NCBI GenBank assembly: GCA_021786945.1
Contig: JAJYMK010000003.1
Coordinates: forward strand, 457,471-521,470
Length of the DNA: 64,000 bases
Reading direction: 5' to 3'
DNA from: a bacterium
Lineage (GTDB): Bacteria; Patescibacteriota; Minisyncoccia; UBA6257; 02-FULL-45-10c
The translations under genes and the position numbers were made by a program. Positions 1 to 12,500 of this stretch are shown here, in pieces (positions within the stretch are counted from its first letter, which is position 1; every line of letters starts with the position of its first letter). The notes beneath the pieces are model-generated. The model searched no databases and was not told where the DNA came from. It worked only from the letters and a program-made list of their open reading frames with translations.

Positions 1-148
1 CTTCGGGATACTGTAAATTTTATACATAACATGCGTCATTCAGGCTCGGAGTAGATTTATACACCTTCGCCCTCATTCCTTGTTCTGTATAAAATTTACT
101 TGTATCGCGTTTGGAAGCTATTAGCAGGATAAGTTTTAAGGAGGCGTT

Positions 149-502
149 ATGAAAAGGCATAACAAGGAAAGAAAAGAGCGCCTGGAAGATGTACCGGAAA
201 TATTCAAGGATTTGTGGGGCTTCAATTTCGTCGAGGAGATAACTTTCTCTAAGTCAAAAGACGAGATGTGGCCCAAAATCCGGGTGGTTGTCACCTGCGA
301 AGACGAAAATAAGATAAAAATGCTGAAGGCTCTGTTACAGAAATTCGAATTTCCTTTCAGCAATCTGAAGATAGTCTCAAACAGCGACAAAAAAGAAGTA
401 ACCACCGAAAAAAAGCCGGAGCAGACAAAGAAGCCCGGCCAGGTACCCAGCAAGCTCTTCAAAGTGAGCGGTTCGCAGAAGTTTAAGTTCAAATGCACAT
501 AG
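149..502 (+). CDS. hypothetical protein (117 aa, basic)
   Basis: ORF preceded by AAGGAGG SD and followed by a terminator hairpin at 520-548; no recognised motif. Confidence 0.65.
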   Translation: MKRHNKERKERLEDVPEIFKDLWGFNFVEEITFSKSKDEMWPKIRVVVTCEDENKIKMLKALLQKFEFPFSNLKIVSNSDKKEVTTEKKPEQTKKPGQVPSKLFKVSGSQKFKFKCT

Positions 503-519
503 CGGCTCACAAGCCATAA

Positions 520-548
520 AAAATCCCCTCTTTCTCAGAGGGGATTTT
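520..548. terminator. bidirectional intrinsic terminator
   Basis: AAAATCCCCTC...GAGGGGATTTT stem with A/T tracts, between convergent genes. Confidence 0.7.
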
Positions 549-553
549 ATTTT

Positions 554-1477
554 TTACTTACTATTTCCGTTTAGATAGTCTTTTATATTTAATACTGCTT
601 TTATACCGTCGCTGGCCGAAATATTATTTTGCCTATAATGCAAATCGGTTATGTCCCCGGCTGCCCAAATTCCGTCCCCGGAAGTTTTTTGGGTAGCATG
701 ATCCACGATTACCTCTCCATATTCATTTTTATTTACTAAGTCTCCCAAAAATTCAGAATTAGGCACCGATCCAATTTCCACAAAAACTCCATCTAATTTC
801 AAATCTTTTTGTTCGTTATTTTTTTTATCGAGATATTTAATCCCGGCAACAAAATCTTTTCCAAGAATCTCCGAAATTTCAGAATTAAATAAAATCTCAA
901 CCTTCTTATCTTTTTTAATATCTTCAAAAAGCACAGGATCACCCTTAATTGTCTCGCTTCTTACCAATAAATAAACCTTGTCTGCATATGCGCTCAAATC
1001 CTTAACCGCGCCCAAAGCGGCATTACCCCCACCAACAATCGCCACTGTTTTTTTAGAAAACATCGGGGCGTCACAAGTAGAGCAATATGCCACACCCTTT
1101 CCATCAAATTGCTTTTCTCCTGGTACGCCGAGTCTGCGCCTTCGTCCTCCCGTTACCGCTAAAAGCGTTCTGGTTTTAAACGACTTGCCATTTTTCAGAA
1201 TAACCCTAAAATTAATGTTTTCTTTTTCAACTTTTTCCACGGATGAACCCTCCTCAATTTCAATGCCCCCCTGAGCCATCAAATGATCCTCCATTTTTTT
1301 AGCCAATTCAAAACCGGAAATAGATTTTATTCCAATCCAATTTTGTATCTCAGAAGCAACAACTGACTGACCGCCAAAACTTTCGGTAATCAATAAAAAC
1401 TTTATTTTTTTTCTTGCGGCATATATGCCAGCCGAGACTCCGGCCGGACCTCCGCCGACAATTATAAGATCGTACAT
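554..1477 (-). CDS. trxB: thioredoxin-disulfide reductase (TrxB/AhpF-C-terminal-like FAD oxidoreductase)
   Basis: GGGPAG FAD motif, CSTCD redox motif, GGGNAA NAD(P)H motif, AAGD. Confidence 0.9.
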   Translation of the reverse strand: MYDLIIVGGGPAGVSAGIYAARKKIKFLLITESFGGQSVVASEIQNWIGIKSISGFELAKKMEDHLMAQGGIEIEEGSSVEKVEKENINFRVILKNGKSFKTRTLLAVTGGRRRRLGVPGEKQFDGKGVAYCSTCDAPMFSKKTVAIVGGGNAALGAVKDLSAYADKVYLLVRSETIKGDPVLFEDIKKDKKVEILFNSEISEILGKDFVAGIKYLDKKNNEQKDLKLDGVFVEIGSVPNSEFLGDLVNKNEYGEVIVDHATQKTSGDGIWAAGDITDLHYRQNNISASDGIKAVLNIKDYLNGNSK

Positions 1478-1482
1478 AAAAA

Positions 1483-1725
1483 TTATTTTTTAAGACCAAG
1501 GGCTTCTTCTAAAGCCACCCTGTCAAAACCAACAATAATTTCATGCCCAACCTCAATAACCGGAACTCCCAACTGATGTGACTTGTGAACCATCTCTTCT
1601 CTGGCTTTTAAATCGGTAGCCACATTTACCTCTTCATATTTAATTTTATTTTTAGTCAAAAATTCCTTTGCTTTTTGGCAATAAAAACAAGTTGGAGTTG
1701 AATATATTTTTACTTTTTTCTCCAT
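1483..1725 (-). CDS. glutaredoxin-like protein (YruB/NrdH family)
   Basis: YSTPTCFYC, GVPVI, IVGFD. Confidence 0.9.
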   Translation of the reverse strand: MEKKVKIYSTPTCFYCQKAKEFLTKNKIKYEEVNVATDLKAREEMVHKSHQLGVPVIEVGHEIIVGFDRVALEEALGLKK

Positions 1726-1748
1726 ATTTCTATATTTTTTAATTTTAA

Positions 1749-2591
1749 TTATTGAGCATTCAATATTGTGTCGATAAGTTTCTTGAATTCGCTGAATGGC
1801 TGGGCTCCGGCTTTACTTATCTTATTGATAAAGAAACCAGGGGTACCGTTTACTCCGGCTTTTGTACCTAAATCAGTATCAGCTGTGGTTTTACCTTTAT
1901 ACTTACCCGAGTTTAAACAGGTGTCTAATTTAGAAATATCAATTCCCACTCCGCTCGCCAAATTCTTAACTTTAGCTATATCGGCAACGTCCGATTGATT
2001 ATCCGCTATAGCCTTGTGGAGTTCCCAAAATTTACCCTGATCATAAGCACAATACAAAACATTCATAGCCTCCTCACCGGTGCCGTGTCCTGGATAATAT
2101 CTATAAATCAATCTGGCTTTTCCGGTATTAACGTAGTTTTCCATTATTCCAGGAATAGGAGCCGTCCATGAAGGAGAATTACTCTTAAGATAATTTATGA
2201 CTTCCTGGTTTCCACCATCAGCTGCAGCGCAAAATGGACAAGAAGGATCTGAATATAAGAAGATAGTTACCGGAGCATTGTCTTTTCCGAAAACCAAATC
2301 ATCTTTTTTTACGACAAAGGCATCGTCATTAGCGGTTGCACCGGAATTAACCGTTGAACCCACATTGGCTTTTTGTTCGGTTACACCTAAGCCTTTTCCA
2401 TAAATAAGCGCACCGCTGATTAAGACCGCGGCAATCAGAATACTGGCTGATAAAACATAATTGGCCTTGTTCTTGTTATTGTTAGTAACTGTTTCCATAA
2501 TATTTTTTATATTTTTTTCTTCTTTCTTTTCCATTTCAATGATTTTCTCCTCTTCTTTTAAGACTTCTTTGATTTTTTCGTCGTTATTCAT
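1749..2591 (-). CDS. DsbA-family thiol-disulfide oxidoreductase, membrane anchored
   Basis: TM segment, DPSCPFC, GVNGTPGFFIN, GAQPF. Confidence 0.85.
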   Translation of the reverse strand: MNNDEKIKEVLKEEEKIIEMEKKEEKNIKNIMETVTNNNKNKANYVLSASILIAAVLISGALIYGKGLGVTEQKANVGSTVNSGATANDDAFVVKKDDLVFGKDNAPVTIFLYSDPSCPFCAAADGGNQEVINYLKSNSPSWTAPIPGIMENYVNTGKARLIYRYYPGHGTGEEAMNVLYCAYDQGKFWELHKAIADNQSDVADIAKVKNLASGVGIDISKLDTCLNSGKYKGKTTADTDLGTKAGVNGTPGFFINKISKAGAQPFSEFKKLIDTILNAQ

Positions 2592-2658
2592 AATTTTTAA
2601 TTTTTACTTATACTTAAATTTAATTATATAATAATATTACTTATAACTCACCAAATCA

Positions 2659-3996
2659 ATGGAACCACTTTCTAAATTTAAACAAATAATTATTTTTCTT
2701 GGGGATATTATAGTATTCTATCTTTCCCTTATACTCACCCTGTGGCTACGATACGGCAACGGCTTCTACGGCAACCTCTTTGATTATCATATTGGACCAT
2801 TTTCGGTTATTTTGGCTATATGGCTATTAGTTTTTTATATTGCCGGTATTTACGACTTAAAAAACTTAAAAAATGATCTGGAATTCGAAAAAAAGTTCTG
2901 GTACTCTCTGCTTTTCAACGCCGGCATCTCAACCATCTTTTTTTATCTGAGCACAAATATAAATATAGCCCCAAAAACTAACCTTTTTATTTTCATTATA
3001 ATTTTCGGCGGGCTTGGCTATTTTTACAGACAGATCATCAACTCCATTCTTGGAAAAAATGAAGCGGCCACTAGAATTCTTTTGATTGGAAACAACCGCA
3101 CAACTCAAGAAATAAGCGAATACCTAAAAAACAATACTCAGCTTGGTTATGAGATAAAATTTTGGATGAAAGATGGGCTAAAGGATAAAGAATTTGAACA
3201 TCTTTTCCAAATAATTATAGCCAATAATATAAACACTATAGTTATTCCGGCCCATATTAAAAAAGACTTTGTATCTGCAAGCCTAATATATAAAACTCTT
3301 TTGGCAGGTATAGACATAATGGATTTGGCCGCTCTTTATGAATTAGTTTTCAAAAAAGTTCCTTTGTCCGAATTAGAAGAAGTCTGGTTTCTGGAAAATA
3401 TTACAAAAAAACACAAAATTTACGAATACATTGTAAATCCACTGGAATATATAATGGCCTTTATAATGCTTATCGTTCTGTCTCCCGTTCTTTTGATAAT
3501 TGCTTTAGCTGTAAAACTTACTTCAGAGGGATCGGCTATTTTCAAACAAAAAAGAGTGGGTAAAAACGGCCAGGAATTCACTATTTATAAATTCCGCACA
3601 ATGAAAATAGATGCCGAAAAAAATGGGCCGCAGTGGGCAAATTATTTTAAAGATGAAAGGGCTACTAAAATCGGTAAATTTTTGCGCGCCTCGCATTTAG
3701 ATGAGTTGCCACAACTTATGAATATACTGAAGGGCGAGCTTTCTTTTATAGGACCACGGCCAGAAAGACCTGAATTTGTGGCTAGTCTCAAAAAAGAAAT
3801 TCCCTACTATGAACTTCGCCATCTCACCAAACCAGGAATAACCGGCTGGGCTCAAATAAACTTCAGATATAGCGCTACCGTAGAAGAGGCATATGAAAAA
3901 ACCCAATTTGATATATATTATATAAAAAACAATTCTCCTTTTCTGGATTTAAGTATTTTACTAAGAACAATAAAATTTATTTTTACCAACAACTAA
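2659..3996 (+). CDS. polyprenyl glycosylphosphotransferase (bacterial sugar transferase)
   Basis: N-terminal TMs; FKQKRVG, KFRTM, LDELPQL, GPRPERP, KPGITGWAQ. Confidence 0.93.
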   Translation: MEPLSKFKQIIIFLGDIIVFYLSLILTLWLRYGNGFYGNLFDYHIGPFSVILAIWLLVFYIAGIYDLKNLKNDLEFEKKFWYSLLFNAGISTIFFYLSTNINIAPKTNLFIFIIIFGGLGYFYRQIINSILGKNEAATRILLIGNNRTTQEISEYLKNNTQLGYEIKFWMKDGLKDKEFEHLFQIIIANNINTIVIPAHIKKDFVSASLIYKTLLAGIDIMDLAALYELVFKKVPLSELEEVWFLENITKKHKIYEYIVNPLEYIMAFIMLIVLSPVLLIIALAVKLTSEGSAIFKQKRVGKNGQEFTIYKFRTMKIDAEKNGPQWANYFKDERATKIGKFLRASHLDELPQLMNILKGELSFIGPRPERPEFVASLKKEIPYYELRHLTKPGITGWAQINFRYSATVEEAYEKTQFDIYYIKNNSPFLDLSILLRTIKFIFTNN

Positions 3997-4027
3997 AAAA
4001 ATCCCGCGGATTCGCGGGATTTTTTTT
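3995..4027. terminator. bidirectional intrinsic terminator
   Basis: A-tract, ATCCCGCG-GATT-CGCGGGAT, T-tract between convergent genes. Confidence 0.8.
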
Positions 4028-4028
4028 A

Positions 4029-4979
4029 TTATCTTGTTTCAAACCACTCTATTGTTCTTTTAAGGCCTTCCAAAAAATCAACCTTGGGTTTGTAGCCGAT
4101 AGTTTTTTTGGCCAAATTTATATCCGCCAAGGTGTGCATCACGTCGCCCACCCTCGAAGCTCTTTTCTCTAATTCAAGTTTCATGCCGGTATATTTTTCT
4201 ATCAATTTTTTAATCTCTATCAAATTAGTCCTTTCACCATTAGCTATATTCATACAAATTCCCTTCAATGGTTTTTTACTAAGCATACAAGCAATATTGG
4301 CATCTACCACATTGTCTACATAACAAAAATCTCTAGATTGTTTTCCATTTCCCTCAATAAATGCCTTTTTATCTTTGGGGAAATAGAGGGCCTCCAACCA
4401 AGCGGCGACAACCGTGGAATACGGCGAATCTCCATATTGACCCGGACCAAAAACATTAAAATATCTCATACAAACCGTATCTAGGCTATATAACTGGCTA
4501 AAAATCTTGCAAAACGGCTCGCAATCATATTTTTGAACGGCGTAAGGGACTTGCGGATCCGGAAAATTTTCCGATTCTTTAGTCGGAATATATTTTGCTC
4601 CCCCATATACCGAAGACGAAGAAGAAAACATAAATCTTTTTACTTTAAACTTACGGGAAAAATCCAATAAATTTACGGTTCCTAAAATATTAACTTCGGT
4701 AGTCAATACTGGATTTTCTACAGAAAAAGAAACTCTTGGCAAAGCCGCAAAATGAAAGACATATTCGGGCTTATGTTTAGAAAATATCTTTGCCAATAAT
4801 TTTTTATTTAAAATACTTCCTTTATAAAAAATTATCGATTTTTCTATCGCATCTTTTCTACCCGTAGAAAAATCGTCTATTCCCACAATTTCAATTGCAG
4901 GAAACCTATTTTTAAATATTTTTACAAAATTACTACCTATAAATCCGGCACAGCCGGTAACTAAAATTGATTTTTTCAT
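4029..4979 (-). CDS. NAD-dependent nucleotide-sugar epimerase/dehydratase
   Basis: GCAGFIG, SSSSVYG, YAVQK (YxxxK), RYFNVFGP; start moved to ATG 4979 (MKKSILVTG) to avoid overlap with the flippase. Confidence 0.9.
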   Translation of the reverse strand: MKKSILVTGCAGFIGSNFVKIFKNRFPAIEIVGIDDFSTGRKDAIEKSIIFYKGSILNKKLLAKIFSKHKPEYVFHFAALPRVSFSVENPVLTTEVNILGTVNLLDFSRKFKVKRFMFSSSSSVYGGAKYIPTKESENFPDPQVPYAVQKYDCEPFCKIFSQLYSLDTVCMRYFNVFGPGQYGDSPYSTVVAAWLEALYFPKDKKAFIEGNGKQSRDFCYVDNVVDANIACMLSKKPLKGICMNIANGERTNLIEIKKLIEKYTGMKLELEKRASRVGDVMHTLADINLAKKTIGYKPKVDFLEGLKRTIEWFETR

Positions 4980-5048
4980 TTTTTTGGGGTTACTTACATT
5001 ATAAAACAATTCAAATATAAAAAATGTTATATTTAAAATAATATAAGC

Positions 5049-6485
5049 ATGTATTACAGAATAAAAAAATTTCTTTTTGAAAACCAAAATCTAAAACAAA
5101 CCGTAGCTAAAAATACATTTTGGTTATTTTTCGGACAACTTTCCGGTCGCCTGCTTAGAACCGGATTGATTATTTATGCCGCCAGAGTTTTAGGACCTTC
5201 CAGTTGGGGTGCATTTTCTTATGTTATGACGTTGGTTGCCTTCATGACTATTTTTTCCGATATGGGAATGGGAGCGATTGTTACCAGAGAATCCGCCAAA
5301 TCTCCGGAATCTTCAAAAAAATATTTTTCAACAGCTTTTTGCTTAAAACTTATTCTTTTGACGGTAGGTATGCTGCTTCTGATATTCGCCGGAAAATATT
5401 TCACCAATATTCCGGAAGCTCAAAGCCTCATGCCACTAGTTGCGCTTATTTTGTTCTTCGATAGCTTAAGAAATTTTGGCTTTGTCATCAGTAGAGCCAA
5501 AGAAAAAATGCAACTGGAAGCTCTAAACGAAGTATTAACTAACTTCCTCATAACAATACTCGGGCTTATATTCTTATGCCTAATTCCAACAAGCCAAAGC
5601 CTAACGATAGGATACTTATACGGTGTAGCTATAGGCTTCATCGCCGTCTTACTCACCTTAAAAGACCATTTCTATTCATCACTAACAAATTTCGATAAAA
5701 ATCTAATAAAGCCGATACTAAACGATTCACTCCCCTTTGCATTAGCAAGTTTTTTGGGCGCAATAATGATAAATACCGACCTCTTTATGATAGGCTGGAT
5801 GCGGCCGGTAGATGAAGTCGGTTTTTATTCCGCCGCGCAAAAACCTATACAAGTTTTTTACACAATTGCCTCTCTATTTGCCGTAAGTATTTTTCCTGCC
5901 CTTACCAAAACACTTAAAGACAGCTTAGAGAAAGGCGGGAAGCTTTTGGAAAAAGCAGTAGCCATGTCTTTATTAATAGCCGTACCGCTTTCTCTGGGGG
6001 GTATAATTCTTGGAGACCAAATCATCACATTACTTTTCGGACCAGATTATGCCGCGGCCACCCTCTCATTTCAGATATTAATGCTCACACTAGTAATAAT
6101 TTTCCCGTCGGTAATAGTAAGTAACTCAATATTGGCCCATGAACAACAGAAAAATTTTGTAACCTTTTCTATGATTGGTGCAATAGGCAACATTGTTTTT
6201 AATTTTCTACTGATTCCTTTCTTTGGAATTGCGGGCGCCTCAGCTTCAACCGTAATAACACAATTAGTTTCCAATTATTTTATCTGGAAAAAAATGCAGG
6301 CAGTTAACCCCTTCTCTGTTCTGCCTAATATCAAAAAAATAATCATTGCTTCAATATTAATGGCTGGTTCGGCAGCGCTTCTTAAATACATTTCGATTCC
6401 GCTTCTTATAAATATTTTATTATCTATCGCTATTTACTTCTTAATATTAAAGCTTCAGAAAGAAAAATTACTCGAAATATTTTAA
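5049..6485 (+). CDS. Wzx-type polysaccharide flippase
   Basis: multi-TM protein; ARVLGP, D-G motif, VGFYSAA, LLIPFFGIAGA. Confidence 0.88.
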   Translation: MYYRIKKFLFENQNLKQTVAKNTFWLFFGQLSGRLLRTGLIIYAARVLGPSSWGAFSYVMTLVAFMTIFSDMGMGAIVTRESAKSPESSKKYFSTAFCLKLILLTVGMLLLIFAGKYFTNIPEAQSLMPLVALILFFDSLRNFGFVISRAKEKMQLEALNEVLTNFLITILGLIFLCLIPTSQSLTIGYLYGVAIGFIAVLLTLKDHFYSSLTNFDKNLIKPILNDSLPFALASFLGAIMINTDLFMIGWMRPVDEVGFYSAAQKPIQVFYTIASLFAVSIFPALTKTLKDSLEKGGKLLEKAVAMSLLIAVPLSLGGIILGDQIITLLFGPDYAAATLSFQILMLTLVIIFPSVIVSNSILAHEQQKNFVTFSMIGAIGNIVFNFLLIPFFGIAGASASTVITQLVSNYFIWKKMQAVNPFSVLPNIKKIIIASILMAGSAALLKYISIPLLINILLSIAIYFLILKLQKEKLLEIF

Positions 6486-6528
6486 ACAAAAACCCCTCAT
6501 TAAATGAGGGGTTTTAAAAATTTTTAGA

Positions 6529-9500
6529 TTAAGGAGTATATTTCATAATCGCCTTTGTTCCTCCGCTTGTCTGCACTCTAAACTTAGAGGCTGAAGAATC
6601 CGATGGATCAACAAGTTTAATATTATAAATAGGTGCGCCGCTACTATATAGCGAAGTTATTTCCGATGGTGATAGTGCCCTGTTATAAATTCTGACTTCG
6701 TCTAATTTTCCATCCAAAGTCCTACCGGAAAGTGAATACGGATCGCTACCGATAGCTATTGGATTTCCCTGATAAACAGGCAAAAGACTTGTATTTATAT
6801 AGTTATCCAAAGCCCCGTTAATATACAACGCCATATAATTTGCCGAATAATCATAAGTTCCCACAACATGATACCACTGACCAACGCCTAATTTCGTCAC
6901 GCTATTCACACCAATCCAGGTATAACCAGGATAGTAATATTCCGATACGTTTAAGGTTCCGTCTGGCGATATAGGCATAGAAAAATCATCATAATATTGA
7001 TTAACGAGTCGGGGAGCAAACACGAATGATTGGGTAGCGCTATTTCTGTAGACCCAGGCGGCCAGTGTCCATTTACCGTTAAGAGTTAAACTGGAAGTTC
7101 TTGGAACCGAAACATAAGAATCTACACCATCAAAAGTCAAACCCCCATTTATCTTTCCCGCGATTGTCCAAGTCGGACCATTTATAAGTGTTCCATTATT
7201 GTTATTGCCCGAAGAATCAGCCGCCGACAATCCCGTGCCCTCATCAAATTTCCAATACCCAACTAATCCAGAGGTAGGAGCTGTGGATTTAGCAACCTGT
7301 AATGGAGATGCCTCACTTGTATCGCAAGCAAAAGCAATTACCGCAGTTCCATCGTAAGCCCTCATACCGCAATCAACAGCCAAAGCAGCAATAGTTATGG
7401 TTGGTTCGGTAACGGTATATTTCCTAATACGAATATTATCCCAATAGGAATCATGCGCTGTGCCGCCATCGGAAATTAAACCTATATTTCCACCATTATT
7501 TGAAAATGTAAATGTTGGTGTATAATCTGTACCGTTTATATTTATCTGCGCGGCTGTTCCGGTTAAAGTCAATTTCAATTTATACCAAGTATTAAGAGCT
7601 GGCGAAAAACCCGTATCAGATCCAACTGACCAGCCATTCCAACTGGATGTTGTATACCAATTTGAGTGATCCCCTGTCCCGGTATTGGTATCAAAGTTAA
7701 AAGCCTGTCCCGTACCATTATTGTTTACCAAGAAAAAGAAATCACCTATAGCCCTGCCGCTGCTAGCTAAACGCTGATTATATTCAACAATGTTGTTGGG
7801 TTTCAAACCAACATTCTTAAACATATAATTATTAACCGAAGAAAATGGCGTATCGTAAGACGGCGGGATATAACCAACTGTAATATTTTGATAAGCACCC
7901 GAGACTGTCCAGCCGCTCCTATTACTTCCATCATCCCAATAAATAAAAGTGCTTGGGCCATCAGATCCAGGCGTGGCATTGGAATTGCCGTAATACATAT
8001 AAATAGTTTTATTGGCGGAGCCCGCAATAACCGGCACCTTAACCCAAACTTTTTTATCGGACTCTATCCAATACGGATAGCTAAAATTCCAAGTCTCATC
8101 ATTTAAATTACTAGAATCCGAAAACCTTAAATCATCAAAATTCAATTCCGCTTTTGAAGCATTGTAAAAATTTGATATATCTGCCGCCGATAAAGCCGCG
8201 TTAAATACCTTAACCTCGTCAATATAGCCATTAAAATACCACTCTAAAATATCAGGTCTAGCTCCAATAGCATTGATTGTACTCCCAGTAATATTTGGAG
8301 ACATTGCCAAAGAACTTCCACTAGCCGATCCGTCAACATAAAGCTGAACAGACGAACCATTATAAACAGCTGAAACAAAGTGCCACGCACCATTGGTAAC
8401 TGTAACCGACGACGTCGGTCCTGCGACTCCGGCTAAATCAAAAGCTAATTGATTTGAGGTATTCACATAAAGCCAAAGCCCTTGACCAGTTGCTGCGCCA
8501 CCATAGTTTATAATTCCCTGACGCGCCCCAGTAGTTGAAGTTTTTATCCAGGCGCTGATAGTAAAACTTCCCGTGCCTGTATGAGGAGGTGTGGCAAAAG
8601 TAATATATTGACTACCGCCATTAAATTGAGAACAAGTTCCAAACTTACAGCTTGAAGTAGCAACCCACGTTGGGCTATTTACCAAGGTTCCATAATTATT
8701 ATTTCCGGACATATCTCCGGCATAAAGTCCTTGGCCTTCATCTAAATGCCAAGAAGCGACTACATTTGTATTGTTATAAATAGTATTGGTTATATCTACA
8801 GGAACTTGATAATCATATAAAGTACTTGAATTTGAAGTATTATTTATAGTCACAGCTCTTTTGGTTGTAAAAGAAACTTTATTTTGCTCAGCATATAAAG
8901 AAGTAGTAGGCTCCGTTGCTGTATATTTTCTGACTCTTACCCTATCAAATATTCCAGTTGAGGCATAACTATCAAAACCCATCTTAGAATTTCCGGTAAA
9001 CAAAGAATTGGTGTAACCACCGGAATAAACTCCATTTATTGTTAATCTATCTTGGGTTCCGGTATAAGCCAGACTGGCCGTGTGCCATACCCCCGTCGCC
9101 AAAGGCACGGTACCCACAACCGTTTCTCCGGACCAAGTACCGCCAGTACGTGATTGCCATACAAAATTGTTATCAGCATCGGTATGCCTATAAAAACGGA
9201 CTAAATTGCTAGCATCATTACCTCGCGCAACTAATTGTGGGTTTCTGCCGGTATCAGCTCTGTAAAAATCAAAATCGACAACTTTAACTGCTGGAAATAA
9301 TTGAGTTGAAAACACCGGATTATCATTTGTGCTAGCGGTGGTTAAATAACCATTAGCGATACTGGATCCGGCAACTAAAGCCCAATTAGTGGAAATATAA
9401 GGAACTACAAAATCGTCAAAAAATTGAAAAGTGTTATTTCCATCACTTTGAGCCGGAGCCGAACTATTTCCATAATACATATATATAGTCTTCTGAGTGC

Positions 9501-12500
9501 TTGCGGGAATATATGGAACTTTTACCCAAGCCTTTTTGTCCGATTCCAGCCAATATGAATAACTAGAAGCCCAGGATTGGTCGTTATATGAAGCATCATC
9601 AGAGAAACGGAGGTCGGAGTAATTTAATGAAATTTCGGAATTATTATAAAGATTGGCTATTTCTAATGGGGAAAGAGCCCGGCTATAAGTCCTAAGCTCA
9701 TCTATTGATCCCACATATGGCCTCGTTGTTCCAGAATCAAACGCGCCTAAAGAATTACCGTTGGCAATTGATTGGGTTGTTAAAGGCACTGACCCAATCG
9801 CATTTACAATACCATCGATATAAATAGAAACAACAGTCCCATTCCATGTAAAACCAACTTGATGCCAGGCGCCGTTATTAACGGTTCCTGTGCCAATAAC
9901 CGCATTGCTACCCCAATTACTCACCCTAATCGAAGTTCCCTCAAGATCAAATGAAAAAGTATTAGTTCCGGTTCTCTTTGAAAACATTATTGAATCATCC
10001 CCCGCTACTCCAGTTTGAGTGGTATTTATCCACATAAAAACGGAAAATGGGGTTCCCTGTCCGCTAATATCAAAATTACCCAACCCGACGCTGCTGGAAT
10101 TAAAATATAAAGCGTTACCATATTTTCCGGTTACCCACAAAGGACCAACTTGAACACCCCTATGATTCCTATTTTCCGATGAATCAAAAATAGTCGGTCC
10201 CGCACCTTCATCAAAATGATAATCGCTAAATAATCCTTGAGTGTTATAAAAAGCAGTCGTTAAATCTACCGGAACTTGGTAATCATAAAGCGCACTACCG
10301 GAAGTGTTATCCACTGTAATCGCCCTGCGTTTTGCGTATGTTAAATTATTCTGCTCGGAATAAACAGAAGTTGTTGGTTCGGTGGCGGTATACTTTCTAA
10401 CAAAGAAATAGGAAAAATTAGCCGCAGATGCTGTTTCGTCACGATCCACCTCTAAACCAACTCCACCGGATGTCAAAGAAGAATCCGTTGCGGATGTAGT
10501 TGTAATTGCACCGGTAATATTATTTGTTACGGTATTGGTTAAAGAAGTTCCAACAAATTTGGTAAGTATTTTATAATTCACATTAGCCGTCACTCCGCCA
10601 TTTGTAGCTAAGGTAGATAAATTTGTCCAAGTTCCGCCAACACGCTTACCTAATTCAGTACTATTGATGCTCCATGCTTCTAAATCAGCAACGTACATGT
10701 TATTGGAATCACTACTTCTGCAAATCAATGCCTTACCATAACTCCCGCCTACAGTTAAAGGAGTAATGGCAGATTCCATAATGGCATTATCAATTGAAAA
10801 TTTCTTGCTTCTTAAAACGCTAAATGTAACACCGGCTGTGCCGCTGGTAGGTATTTCCGCGCCGCTCCTATTTACAGTCCAAATATTTCCCTCTTTGTTC
10901 CACTTATCAGTAGAAATAATTCCGGTGTCGAAATCGTCGCCAAAAAGAAAAGTATTTGAAATATCACTCTGACTATCAGCGGAACTATTTCCGTAATACA
11001 TATATATTGTTTTCTGTGTTGCGGCCGGAATATACGGAACTTTTACCCAGGCTTTTTTATCCGATTCGAGCCAATAAGAAAAACTAGAATTCCAAGTTTG
11101 ATCATTGTAAGAAGAGGCATCATCGGAAAATCTTATATCATTGGAATCTATACGATTTTTTGAGGCATTGTATAAATCCGATATTTCTGCGGGAGAAAGG
11201 GCCCTATTGTAAATTCTTGGTTCATCAATTTGGCCAAGATAATATTCCGTTGTACCAAAATTACCAACCGTTAACTCATTCGGCGTCACAGCCCCATATG
11301 TATAGCCGGATATAGCCTGAACTAATACGCTATTGGCATATAACTTCGAAATTCCTAAAGAATCAACTGTTGCTACAATATATGTCCAACTCGTTGTTGA
11401 TGGAATATATGACGATTTGTTTTGCGCAGCACCATGAAGCTGGATTGATCCATCGGTTGCATGCTGATAAAGAAGCCAATTTAAACCAGCGGCTGCAGAT
11501 CTATTGCCAATAATATCCTGATATTGACCACCCAATCTTCCTGGTTTTATCCATAAAGCAACCGTCAATTCTTGTCCATTTGATTTTTGAAAAGCCGGAG
11601 TAGTTAAACGGCCATACTGACTTGAACCATTAAAACTCAGACAGGTTCCAGATTTGCATCCCGATTCCACAGTCCAGGTTGGAGAATTGTATAGGGCCAA
11701 ACTATTATTCAAACCCGAAGAATCAGCCGCTGAACTTCCCTGACCCTCATTAAAATGCCAATCGCCAATAAGACCTGTATTATTGTAGGTAGTTGTAGTT
11801 AAATCTACCGGGACTTGATAATCATAAAGTGCGCTGCCGGAAGTATTATCTATTGTAATCGCCCTGCGTTTTGAGTATGTTAAATTATCCTGCTCGCCAT
11901 AAACGGAAACTGCCGGCTCAATTGCCGCATATTTACGGACGCGAATATTATCAAAATATTGATCGGCAATATCGCCGGTAGGCTCGTTCCACCATCTTGG
12001 CAATATTAAATATCTATTTGTTCCAAAAGTTATACTCTGAGTACCGCCAACTTGAATGTCGTCCTTATAAAATCCGACATTGGAACCATTCAGGATAATT
12101 TTATAGTTATTAAAAGTATTCAAGGCATAACTTCCGACGCTTCCCTGCAATAAAGTCCAAGCGCCAGGAGCTCTTTTATACAAACTGAAAGTGCTTGTTG
12201 TAAAAAACGGCCAAAAACCATTGCCATCTGCCTGATTTGAATCCATAATTCCAAGGTTTACATTATGCCCGGAAGCAATGCTTACCGTTTTTGCTGAGTA
12301 ATCAACAATAAAATCCCCATTAACTGCTATGGCTGATTGCAGGGATTTTACCGGAACGGTTCCGTCTTGATAAGACCTTAGCTGTCCACTGGAGGCAGAA
12401 ATAACATCGCTTGCCGTACCCGCACTTACCAGCCATTTATTAGAATCTATAGTACCACTATTAAAATCATCACCAAAAATAAATGTATTGGAAATGCTGC

